A DNA stretch of 63,455 nucleotides, counting the filler. It is 4 parts of 4 records of this genome, joined end to end, with 100 filler letters (N's around TTAATTAATTAA, not from the genome) between each part and the next. Parts side by side here need not be neighbours in the genome. Positions count along the whole stretch, not along the records: positions 1 to 31,125 come from SRR31156797_25085; 3 more parts are not named here. The stretch is one strand, 5' to 3'. Positions 9,259-18,426 of the stretch are shown here, in pieces. The translations under genes and the position numbers were made by a program. The notes beneath the pieces are model-generated. The model ran no database searches. It saw only the letters and a program-made list of their open reading frames with translations, and was not told the DNA's origin. Every line of letters starts with the position of its first letter. The first letter of the stretch is position 1.

Positions 9259-10626
9259 ATGGCCGCAAAAGACAAAACAAAATATGTTTGCCGGAACTGC
9301 GGGTACGAAACCCTGAAGTGGCTGGGTCGGTGCCCCGAGTGTGATCAGTGGGGGACCATTCCGGAGGAGTGCGAGACGCCCCGTCGTAAAAATGCCGGGC
9401 GCTCCACCATGAGCAGGCCCGAGTGCATAGACGCCATTTCCCTTTCCCCGGAGACGAGATGGGGCACCGGAATCGCGGAGTTTGACCGCACCCTCGGGGG
9501 CGGTTTGGTGCCCGGCTCCCTGGTTCTGATCGGGGGGGATCCCGGCATCGGTAAGTCCACCATGATTCTTCAAGTGTTGGGCGGATTTGCACACCGGGAA
9601 TTGAAGTCCCTGTACCTTTCCGGTGAAGAATCCGCGCAACAGATCAAAATGAGAGCTGATCGCTTGAACATTCAGGGGGAAAACCTGTATGTCATGACCG
9701 GGACCTGTATCGAAGATTTTTTCGACCGGGCCGCCCGACTCAAGCCGGACCTCTTGGCCGTGGATTCCATTCAGACCTTTTATACCCAGGATGTGCCTTC
9801 CCCCCCCGGCAGTGTAAGCCAGGTCAGGGAAACCGCTTCCAGGCTCATGGTCTTTGCCAAGAGTTCCGGTATTCCGGTATTCCTGGTGGGGCATGTGACC
9901 AAGGATGGCGCCATCGCCGGCCCCAAGGTGCTGGAGCACCTGGTGGATACGGTGCTCTATTTCGAGGGGGATCGGGGGCATGCTTTCAGAATATTGCGGG
10001 CCGTTAAAAACCGTTACGGCTCCACCAACGAAATCGGTGTTTTTGAGATGAAAGGTTCGGGCCTGGTGGAGGTGAGCAACCCCTCGGGTATTTTCCTGGC
10101 GGAACGGCCCGAGGATGTGCCCGGATCGGCCATCATTTCCTGTATGGAGGGAACCCGACCCCTGCTGGTGGAAATCCAGGCTTTGGTGGGCCCAAGTCCC
10201 CTGGGCATGCCCAGAAGAACCGCCAGGGGTATCGACCAGAACCGTATATCCCTCCTGGTGGCGGTGCTGGCAAAACGCCTGGGAATGGAGTTGGGAGACC
10301 AGGATATTTTCGTCAATGTGGCCGGCGGTCTGAAAATTGATGAACCCGCGGCGGATCTGGGAATAGTCTCCGCCATGATGAGCAGCTTTTTGGAAAAACA
10401 TGTGAACCGGAACCTGGTGGTTTTTGGAGAAGTGGGCCTGGCCGGTGAAATCCGGGGGGTCGGCCAGTCGGACATGCGCATGAAAGAGATTGCAAAAATG
10501 GGTTTTTCCGCCTGCCTTCTTCCCCGGGGCAATCTGGAAGGATCAAAGTCACCGCCCGGACTGAACCCCCAGAGCATCGGATCGATCCGGGATCTGCCCG
10601 ATTATCTGTTTAATGACCAGTCCTGA
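9259..10626 (+). CDS. radA: DNA repair protein RadA/Sms
   Basis: C4 zinc finger, GGDPGIGKST, KNRYG motif, Lon-like C-terminus. Confidence 0.97.
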   Translation: MAAKDKTKYVCRNCGYETLKWLGRCPECDQWGTIPEECETPRRKNAGRSTMSRPECIDAISLSPETRWGTGIAEFDRTLGGGLVPGSLVLIGGDPGIGKSTMILQVLGGFAHRELKSLYLSGEESAQQIKMRADRLNIQGENLYVMTGTCIEDFFDRAARLKPDLLAVDSIQTFYTQDVPSPPGSVSQVRETASRLMVFAKSSGIPVFLVGHVTKDGAIAGPKVLEHLVDTVLYFEGDRGHAFRILRAVKNRYGSTNEIGVFEMKGSGLVEVSNPSGIFLAERPEDVPGSAIISCMEGTRPLLVEIQALVGPSPLGMPRRTARGIDQNRISLLVAVLAKRLGMELGDQDIFVNVAGGLKIDEPAADLGIVSAMMSSFLEKHVNRNLVVFGEVGLAGEIRGVGQSDMRMKEIAKMGFSACLLPRGNLEGSKSPPGLNPQSIGSIRDLPDYLFNDQS

Positions 10627-10661
10627 ACATCCGTGGTTGGAAGAAGGCTGGAGACGCTGCC

Positions 10662-11363
10662 GTGTGCTGGGAGTATTTTGACAAAATCTACTGTATTTCC
10701 TTAGTGGAAAGATCAGACCGGCGAAAGGAGGCCCGCATCCAGTTTGATGCCGTCGGTCTGTTAAACAGGGTTGAATTTGTTATTGTGAAAAAACACCCCG
10801 TTGATTGTGAACAGGGGATTTTTGAATCTCATCTTCTCTGTATGAAAAAAGGGCTCCATGCGGGTGCTGATAACATTCTGATTTTTGAAGATGATATTTG
10901 TTTTGATCGCTTCAGCCCTCAACGTCTCAAATCTTCCATTGATTTTCTTTCAAAGGGTACCGATTGGAAAATACTGTTCCTGGGATGTATGGTCAGGGGG
11001 ATCCGGAAAACGGGATATGAATCGGTGCTGAAAATCAATTTCCGCAGTTTATGCCACGCCTATGTCATAAACCCCGGCTTTGCACAGCGCCTGGTAAAGG
11101 AGCCCTGGCAAGGAATGCCCTTTGATGACATGTTGCGTGACCTCAGGGACAACCATTTTTACGCGGTCCACCCTTCATTTGCATTTCAGGGTAATTCACG
11201 TTCGGACAACCATCGGTATCTCACCCTGGACAGATTCAGGAGACTTTGCGGAGGACTTCGACGTTTACAGAAGATGAATGAATGGTTCCATCTAAACAAG
11301 CGAATTATTGTTATGATGCATGTTCTATTGATATTGACGCTGTTTGTTATGTTGACGGCCTGA
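10662..11363 (+). CDS. glycosyltransferase family 25-like protein
   Basis: YCISL..R.DRR, G.F.SH, LIFEDD and HAYVI motifs; C-terminal TM helix. Confidence 0.8.
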   Translation: MCWEYFDKIYCISLVERSDRRKEARIQFDAVGLLNRVEFVIVKKHPVDCEQGIFESHLLCMKKGLHAGADNILIFEDDICFDRFSPQRLKSSIDFLSKGTDWKILFLGCMVRGIRKTGYESVLKINFRSLCHAYVINPGFAQRLVKEPWQGMPFDDMLRDLRDNHFYAVHPSFAFQGNSRSDNHRYLTLDRFRRLCGGLRRLQKMNEWFHLNKRIIVMMHVLLILTLFVMLTA

Positions 11364-11475
11364 TCTTTCTGAGCCCTTCCACTTGCGAAAAAATCAATTC
11401 TCTGTATCATGGAGTTTCAAACAGATGACGCTAAGGACTCAACCCAAAGTGAGCCCTAACATAAGGAGATAAATC

Positions 11476-12636
11476 TTGATTCATACAGCTAACTCTCAGC
11501 AAATACGGGATGGTCTCGTAACAGATGTATATTTTGAAAGAACCCGGGAAATTCTTGAAGCCAAAGGGATTGATCGGGTGGTAACCGCTGAATTCCTGGC
11601 CAAGGATTTTCCGCGGGATTACCCCTGGGCGGTTCTTGCGGGTATGGAAGAATGTGTGGCCCTGCTCAAGGACCTTCCGGTGGATGTCCGCATCATCCGG
11701 GAAGGAACATTTATCCATCCTTTCCAGCCGGTTCTGGAGATCCGCGGTAAATACCTCGATTTTGGTCCATATGAAACGGCCCTGCTGGGATTTCTCTGCC
11801 AGGCATCCGGGGTGGCCACCATGGCGGCCCGCTGCCGAAAGGCTGCGGGAGATCTGTCTCTCACCAGCTTTGGGGCCCGTCGCATGCACCCGGCCATTGC
11901 TCCCATGGTGGAACGGAACGCCTATATCGGCGGGTGCGATGGTGTTGCCCTGGGTCTCGGCGCTGAACTGGTGGGAATTGAGCCTTCCGGCACCATGCCC
12001 CATGCGTTGATTTTGATTATGGGCGACACGGTGGCGGCGACCCGGGCCTTTCATGACGTTATTGCGCCTCATGTGAAACGGGTGAGCCTCATTGATACCT
12101 ACAATGATGAAAAGATTGAAGCTTTAAACGTTGCAAAGGCCCTGGGGAAAGACCTTTACGCGATCCGTCTGGATACCCCGAAATCAAGACGGGGTGATTT
12201 CCGGAAAATCATGGAAGAGGTGCGCTGGGAACTGGATCTTCGTGGGTTTGAACATGTGAAACTGTTTATCAGCGGTGGCCTGGATGAATATCGAATCCGG
12301 GATTATCGGGACTGTGCCGACGCTTTCGGCGTAGGAACGGCCATCACCGCCGCCCCGGTCATCGATTTTTCCATGGACATAGTGGAAGTGGAAAACAAAC
12401 CGCTGGCCAAGAAGGGAAAACGGTCCGGATCAAAAAGTGTCCTGTGCTGTAAAAACTGTCTGAAAACGGTGGTGGTCCCCCGGGGGAAGTCCCTGAAATC
12501 CTGTTCCTGCGGTGGGAAGATGCGGGACATCCTCATGCCGCTTCTCTCCCAGGGTAAACTGAAAACCCCACTCCCCACGCCCCGCGAGATTCGTGATCAT
12601 GTGATCAATCAACTGGCCGGGGTGGAAGACCTGTAG
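11476..12636 (+). CDS. pncB: nicotinate phosphoribosyltransferase (short, archaeal-like type with C-terminal Cys ribbon)
   Basis: TDVYF, SFGARR, GTMPHAL, IDTY, IRLDTP, SGGLDE, FGVGT. TTG start after AAGGAG. Confidence 0.9.
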   Translation: MIHTANSQQIRDGLVTDVYFERTREILEAKGIDRVVTAEFLAKDFPRDYPWAVLAGMEECVALLKDLPVDVRIIREGTFIHPFQPVLEIRGKYLDFGPYETALLGFLCQASGVATMAARCRKAAGDLSLTSFGARRMHPAIAPMVERNAYIGGCDGVALGLGAELVGIEPSGTMPHALILIMGDTVAATRAFHDVIAPHVKRVSLIDTYNDEKIEALNVAKALGKDLYAIRLDTPKSRRGDFRKIMEEVRWELDLRGFEHVKLFISGGLDEYRIRDYRDCADAFGVGTAITAAPVIDFSMDIVEVENKPLAKKGKRSGSKSVLCCKNCLKTVVVPRGKSLKSCSCGGKMRDILMPLLSQGKLKTPLPTPREIRDHVINQLAGVEDL

Positions 12637-12665
12637 GAGGTTGGAATCTGAGCAAACGGCATCAA

Positions 12666-13403
12666 ATGCGAAAAGTTACCGAACTCAGCCGTATGCTGAC
12701 CTATGTCCTAGCGTATCGGCCCGATGAATTCGGCCTGGTCCCCGACGGGGAAGGGTTTGTGGGTTACAAAGACCTGCTCAAAGCTCTTCACGAGGAAAGC
12801 GGGTGGCGTCATGTGAGACATTCCCATATCAACGAGATGCTGATGGGCGGGGACCGGGAACTCTTTGACCCCCAAAAGGACCGGATTCGGTCCCGGGAAA
12901 GGCATTGGATCCTGAATCCCCATGAGGATCTTCCATTGCCGGGGCTGCTGTATACCCCCGTCCGAAAACGGGCACATCCCGTGGCCATGGAAAGGGGGTT
13001 AAAGGCTGAGGGTAATCCGTATCTGGCCCTTTCCACCGACCGGGAAATGGCCCTGCGCATAGGCCGTCGCCGGGATCAACATCCGGTGCTCCTGGAAATC
13101 CCCGCTGCCGCGGCAGGGAAAAAAGGGGTCCTCATCTTTCCTTTTGGAGATCTGTTTCTGGCTTCGGAGATTCCAGCCGATTGCATTTCGGGGCCCCTGC
13201 CATCGAAAGACCTGCTGGAAAGGGAAGATAAGAAGATCGACAAAAAGCAAAAATCCCATCCGGGTTTCAATGCTTCGACTCCGGGCTCATTCATCCTGGA
13301 CCCCCGGAGAGATCCGGATACTTCACGGAAATCCAAGGGGAAAAAGCGAAAGGGATGGAAAGAAAAGGCCCGTAAAATGCGGAGAGGGCAAAAGGGGACT
13401 TGA
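12666..13403 (+). CDS. RNA 2'-phosphotransferase (KptA/Tpt1)-like protein with degenerate active site
   Basis: Scaffold LS..L.YVL..RPDEFGL..D.EGFV, LS.D...A...G.R and PVLLEI. Catalytic residues are substituted. The start may be CTG at 12648. Confidence 0.8.
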   Translation: MRKVTELSRMLTYVLAYRPDEFGLVPDGEGFVGYKDLLKALHEESGWRHVRHSHINEMLMGGDRELFDPQKDRIRSRERHWILNPHEDLPLPGLLYTPVRKRAHPVAMERGLKAEGNPYLALSTDREMALRIGRRRDQHPVLLEIPAAAAGKKGVLIFPFGDLFLASEIPADCISGPLPSKDLLEREDKKIDKKQKSHPGFNASTPGSFILDPRRDPDTSRKSKGKKRKGWKEKARKMRRGQKGT

Positions 13404-13440
13404 TTGCCGGGGCCTGAATGCTTTTGAAAATCCGGGCCGA

Positions 13441-15741
13441 TCATTTTTGATCGGTCTTATTGGAATAATCTGAAAGGGGTTTCTTGAACCCACACCCCTT
13501 TTTTCTACAGGTCACAATGGGTCCATCCGCTTTTTTGGGTTGTTTGATGCCCAGTACCGGTGTGCCGCACTCAGGGCAACTGCCGTCAAAGGGTTCATCC
13601 CAGGTGGCAAATCGGCATTCGGGATATTGATTGCAGGCAAAAAATTTCTTCCCTTTCTTGGAAGTCTTTTCCACCAAGGTCCCCGAGCAGTTCTCCTCGG
13701 GGCATGGCACGCCGGTGCTCACCGGGTCCGGCGCCCAGATATTTTTGCACTCAGGATACCCGGAACAGGCCACAAAGGGCCCGTAGCGCCCGTTTTTGGT
13801 GACCATGGGTTTGCCGCATTTCTCACAGGTCCCTTTTTCCTCCCCCGCATCGGGGGTGGCTTCAATTATAATCTTTCCTTTTTCATCCCGGGTAAAATTG
13901 GCGGTATTCCGGCATTCGGGATAACCGGTGCAGGCCAGGAAGATGCCGTTTCGGCCCGATTTGACGGCCATGGGGCGCCGGCATTTTTCGCAGGTCACCT
14001 CCGTTAAAACCTCACCTTTCATCCCTTCGGTGGCTTTATCCAGATCTTTTTCAAAGGACGCATAAAACCGTTTGAGCACATCGGTCCACTTCTCTTTGCC
14101 CCGTTCGATCTGGTCCAGATTGTTTTCCATCTGTGCCGTAAAGGTTGTATTCAACACATCGGGAAAATTCTTAACCAGGAGATCCGTCACCAGAAACCCC
14201 AGTTCAGTGGGGGTGAAGCGTCTTTTTTCAACGGACACGTATTCTCTGCCACTGATATTGGCCAGGATGGCGGCATAGGTGGAGGGCCTGCCGATGCCGT
14301 TTTCTTCAAGGGCCTTGATCAGGGAAGCTTCCGTGAATCGCGGGGGGGGCTGGGTGAAATGTTGTGCGGGATCCAGCTTCAAGAGGTCCAGGATCTGTCC
14401 CTTTGTTAAAGGAGGCAGTGGGGTGTCCGCCCCATTCTGCTGCTTATTTTTTCCGTTTAATGTTTCTTTTCGTTCTTCATAAAGGAGGGTAAAGCCCTTG
14501 AATACCATCACGGAGCCGGTGGCACGGAACCCGGCGTTTCCGGCTTCCATTTCCACCTGGGTTTTGTCCAGCTGCGCAGGACTCATCTGGCAGGCCACAA
14601 ACCGTTTCCAGATCAGTTCATAGAGGGCCGACTGTTCCCGGCTCAGGTATTTTGATATGGTTTGGGGAGCCAGGTCCACGGAAGTGGGTCGGATGGCCTC
14701 GTGGGCTTCCTGTGCCCCTTTGCGACTCTTAAAACGATTGGGCTTATCCGGTAGAAACTCTTTTCCAAACGCCTTTTCAATATAAGTACGCGCCTGATCG
14801 ATGGCATCATTTGAAAGGTTAAAGGAATCGGTTCTCATGTAGGTAATCAGACCCACCAGGCCTTTTTTTCCCAGGGCAACCCCCTCATAGAGGCTCTGAG
14901 CAATGGACATGGTCTTTTTAGCGGAATAACGCAATCTTCTGAAGGCTTCCTGCTGCAAAAGACTGGTGATAAAGGGAGGGGGTGAATTCCTTTTGGTCCG
15001 CTTTTTAGTGATTTTTGAGACTTCAAAAGGGAGGTCCTCGATCTCGGAGAGGATGCCGAAGGTCTGTTCTTTATCGGCAAGGTCTCTCTTTTTCCCTTTG
15101 TATTGAAAAAATTTGGCTTCAAAGGGAGGGGGTTCCGTGCCTTGCAGGTGCGCTGTCAGGGACCAGTATTCCTGCGGTTCAAAAGCCTGAATTTCCCGTT
15201 CACGATCGCAGATCATCTTTACGGCCACGGATTGGACGCGGCCGGCACTTAAACCCCGTTTAACCCGTTTCCAGAGAAGCGGTGAGATTTGGTAGCCCAC
15301 CAGACGATCCAGAATGCGCCGGGTCTGCTGAGACTCGAATTTATTCCGGTCAAGGGTTTTGGGTGATTTAACCGCCTCCTGAATGGCTTTTTTAGTGAGT
15401 TCGTTAAAGAGTACCCGATAGATTTTCTGTTCATCTTTTCCCTTGCCCAACTCCTGGGCCACGTGCCATGCAATGGCTTCCCCCTCCCGGTCCGGATCCG
15501 GCGCCAGGTAAATGGCGTCAGCGGTTTTTCCGGCGGCTTTCAGATCCTTGAGGACTTTCCCTTTTCCTTTAATGGTGACATAGTCGGGCTCGAAATTTTT
15601 CTCAATATCAACGCCCAGTTTGCTGACGGGAAGGTCTTTCACATGCCCCACCGAAGCCATGATTTTAAAATCGGGTCCCAGGTATTTTTTGATGGTTCTG
15701 GCTTTGGCCGGTGATTCAATGATGAGAAGGTTTTTCGGCAT
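13441..15741 (-). CDS. topA: DNA topoisomerase I
   Basis: IIESPAK, DPDREGE, SAGRVQS, catalytic ITYMRTD, C-terminal zinc ribbons. Confidence 0.98.
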   Translation of the reverse strand: MPKNLLIIESPAKARTIKKYLGPDFKIMASVGHVKDLPVSKLGVDIEKNFEPDYVTIKGKGKVLKDLKAAGKTADAIYLAPDPDREGEAIAWHVAQELGKGKDEQKIYRVLFNELTKKAIQEAVKSPKTLDRNKFESQQTRRILDRLVGYQISPLLWKRVKRGLSAGRVQSVAVKMICDREREIQAFEPQEYWSLTAHLQGTEPPPFEAKFFQYKGKKRDLADKEQTFGILSEIEDLPFEVSKITKKRTKRNSPPPFITSLLQQEAFRRLRYSAKKTMSIAQSLYEGVALGKKGLVGLITYMRTDSFNLSNDAIDQARTYIEKAFGKEFLPDKPNRFKSRKGAQEAHEAIRPTSVDLAPQTISKYLSREQSALYELIWKRFVACQMSPAQLDKTQVEMEAGNAGFRATGSVMVFKGFTLLYEERKETLNGKNKQQNGADTPLPPLTKGQILDLLKLDPAQHFTQPPPRFTEASLIKALEENGIGRPSTYAAILANISGREYVSVEKRRFTPTELGFLVTDLLVKNFPDVLNTTFTAQMENNLDQIERGKEKWTDVLKRFYASFEKDLDKATEGMKGEVLTEVTCEKCRRPMAVKSGRNGIFLACTGYPECRNTANFTRDEKGKIIIEATPDAGEEKGTCEKCGKPMVTKNGRYGPFVACSGYPECKNIWAPDPVSTGVPCPEENCSGTLVEKTSKKGKKFFACNQYPECRFATWDEPFDGSCPECGTPVLGIKQPKKADGPIVTCRKKGCGFKKPLSDYSNKTDQK

Positions 15742-15779
15742 TCTTTAGATCCAGTCTTTCTTTTTCAAAGTAAGTTTTA

Positions 15780-16889
15780 TTAACAACGTATGTACATTTT
15801 TCCGGGGAGTTGCCGAATGGTTCCGTTTAACTCCATTTTGAGCAAAATCATGGCCACCCGGCCGGCATCCATGGCAACCGTGCGTGCGATCTGGTCAATG
15901 TGTATGGGATAATTTCCGATGATGTCGTATATGCTACGCTCAACACCCTCCATTTTCCCCTTGGGCAAAGACGGCGCCCTCTCCTTTTCCATCCCTGCAC
16001 TTTGTTTTAAGAACCACAGCTCATCCAGGATATCATCGGCGTTTTCAATGAGCCTGGCGCCCTGTTTGATGAGCCAGTGGGTGCCGGTACTCTTGAATGA
16101 ATCAATGCTTCCGGGAACGGCGAATATTTCACGATTCTGCTCGAGGGCAAGGGCGGCTGTAATGAGAGATCCGCTTTTTCGTGTGGCTTCAATCACAGCG
16201 ACCCCCCGGGAAAGACCGCTGATTACCCGGTTTCGGATGGGAAAATTCCGGGGTTCGGGGGCTGTTCCCATGGGAAACTCCGACAGAACCACGCCCTCTT
16301 CGACCATCTGATTAAACAGTTTCAGGCTTGATTTGGGATAAACCACATCAATACCCGTTCCCAGTACGCCGATGGTAAAACCCTTGGCCCGAAGGCAGCC
16401 GCCATGGGCGGATGCGTCAATCCCCCGTGCCAGGCCGCTGACCACGCCGGCGCCCCTTTTCGCCAGGGCCATGGAGATCCGTTCGGCGGTCTTCAAGCCG
16501 TAATGGGTCGGATTCCGGGACCCGACCAGGGCCACAAAGGTTTGTTCCAGGGGGATTTCTCTCCCCTTGACGAACAACACCATGGGCGGATTGTGGATCT
16601 CACGCAATAAAACGGGATAAGCGGGATCCTGATACGTCAGGACTTTCGCCCCGGTGCGTTCAGCCTTTAAAATCTCTTTTTCGGCCCGTTCCAGCAATCC
16701 ACGATCCAGAATTTTCCGGGCGATCCCCTTCCGAACCCCTTCCACCCCCATTAAATCAAAAAAATTCGCTTCAAAGATGGCGTTCACATCAAGAAATTTC
16801 TCAAACAGCCTTCTGAGGACCACATTTCCCAGTCCGGGAATCATGTAAAGGGCCAGCCATGCCTGTCTTTGATCCTGTGGTATGGTCAT
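15780..16889 (-). CDS. dprA: DNA-processing protein DprA/Smf
   Basis: VGSR, SGLARGID, FPIRNRVISGLS, SGSLITA; directly upstream of topA. Confidence 0.96.
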   Translation of the reverse strand: MTIPQDQRQAWLALYMIPGLGNVVLRRLFEKFLDVNAIFEANFFDLMGVEGVRKGIARKILDRGLLERAEKEILKAERTGAKVLTYQDPAYPVLLREIHNPPMVLFVKGREIPLEQTFVALVGSRNPTHYGLKTAERISMALAKRGAGVVSGLARGIDASAHGGCLRAKGFTIGVLGTGIDVVYPKSSLKLFNQMVEEGVVLSEFPMGTAPEPRNFPIRNRVISGLSRGVAVIEATRKSGSLITAALALEQNREIFAVPGSIDSFKSTGTHWLIKQGARLIENADDILDELWFLKQSAGMEKERAPSLPKGKMEGVERSIYDIIGNYPIHIDQIARTVAMDAGRVAMILLKMELNGTIRQLPGKMYIRC

Positions 16890-16989
16890 GGGGTATCAAG
16901 GGGCTCGAATTTTAAGCCGGAATGGCGGGAATATAAAACAGGATGAAACGGATTAGTCAAGCGTTTTCTCAATCAGGCGGCTTTCATGT

Positions 16990-18213
16990 TCAATTAGCCG
17001 AACATTTCATCATGGTTGACAACAGATAGAGGCTTTCAGGTAAATCCCGCTTTAAATCAATGCTTTCATTCATTTTTATCAAAATGGGAACCAGTTCGTT
17101 TTTGATGTCAATCTCTTTGATGCCAAGCGCTTTAATGTCTTTTCCCCGGGCTGCCAAAGTTTTTTCAAGTTCACGGTTCAGGTTGACCGCTTTGATCATT
17201 GTTCCGTTGGGGAAATCCTTTTTTGCGTTCAGCACGACCGCCGTGGCCGTTTCCAGTCTTGATTCCACAATAATGAGATATCCCAGCACCAGGTCCGGAA
17301 GATCCGACCCGTTCGTTACGGATGTTTCCATGGGGGTTACAATGGCAAAAAGATTGCCCCGTTTAAGCCCTTGTTTGTACCCCTGATTGATATAGAGCAC
17401 CGAATATTGCCCCTCTAATTCAAACTGGTCTTTGGACGCCACAATGGCGGCACGGCAGTTTTTGTTGTCACCACATTTTTTCCAGTCCGGGTTTGACGGC
17501 CGTATGCAGCTCGATATCGGTTTGTAAGGCAAGAGCGGGTCTCCCACCCTCATGACCCGGTAACTTTCCATGATCTCCGCTTTAAAAGAATGCTCGCCCA
17601 CCTTCTTTTTCAGGACAATTTTTCCCAGAAACAAAATGACGGTCCCCACATCCGATCCGGTAAGCGGGTGGTCCAATTCTTCCGATTCCTTGTACAGGTT
17701 AAAGATGTCGCCGGGCTTGACCTTACGGTCTTTTTCAAAGGTCACATAGATGTTGTCGTATTGGGCCAGAAAGATCCTCTCCGTTTCATCGGCCGATACG
17801 CGGCCCCAGGGTTTTACCCCTTCAGGCGATAAAAAACCAAGCGCTTCCACATTGCAATAATCGGAAACATCAACCCCTTTAATGGCCCAAGTGGCATCAT
17901 CCGCGCCGATCAAGGACTGCAGGCCTCCCACATCTTGAGTCGAAACCGTTTTGATGGGCACATCTTCCAGGAGAGAAATCGTATCACCGGGCCGGAGAAG
18001 GCCGGGGTCGGTTACAAAGGGATTCTTTTTCCATAACTTGGGCCACAGGTCCCGGTTCCCATAGTAATGGACGCTGATACTTTGAAGGGTATCGCCCTTG
18101 ACCACCGTGTGAGTTGGGACCTGGGCACAGGCCAAACGCCATCCCAACAAGGAAAATGAAAAAACACTCACACCAATGCACAGAACGAAAAAAGCCACAT
18201 GTTTTTTTCTCAA
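16990..18213 (-). CDS. LysM peptidoglycan-binding periplasmic protein
   Basis: Signal peptide, then HTVVKGDTLQSIS..YYG...LWP.LW..NP (LysM). Usual position upstream of dprA. Confidence 0.85.
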   Translation of the reverse strand: MRKKHVAFFVLCIGVSVFSFSLLGWRLACAQVPTHTVVKGDTLQSISVHYYGNRDLWPKLWKKNPFVTDPGLLRPGDTISLLEDVPIKTVSTQDVGGLQSLIGADDATWAIKGVDVSDYCNVEALGFLSPEGVKPWGRVSADETERIFLAQYDNIYVTFEKDRKVKPGDIFNLYKESEELDHPLTGSDVGTVILFLGKIVLKKKVGEHSFKAEIMESYRVMRVGDPLLPYKPISSCIRPSNPDWKKCGDNKNCRAAIVASKDQFELEGQYSVLYINQGYKQGLKRGNLFAIVTPMETSVTNGSDLPDLVLGYLIIVESRLETATAVVLNAKKDFPNGTMIKAVNLNRELEKTLAARGKDIKALGIKEIDIKNELVPILIKMNESIDLKRDLPESLYLLSTMMKCSAN

Positions 18214-18426
18214 GGATTCCCTCCCATGGAATCATCGCGGTAAGGTACCGACAGGTAACAGCTATACAAAGCAGGTGCTCGATTTGTCAAGCGCTTCGAA
18301 AATAAAAATCGTTGTCGCTTTATTCAAATATGGACGGAAAGGGGGTTTTGGGTTAGAGTTTTGAACTGCGGGGTCGGTTGTGGCTGTTGACAATAAGGTG
18401 CCCCCGAGGAATGGAGCCGAATCCTT

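Noticed and set aside
8357..10401. Long antisense ORFs (411 aa, 382 aa) and similar ones at 25412-26398, 26886-28091 and 56643-57872
   Set aside because: They are shadow frames opposite well-supported genes and have no motifs.
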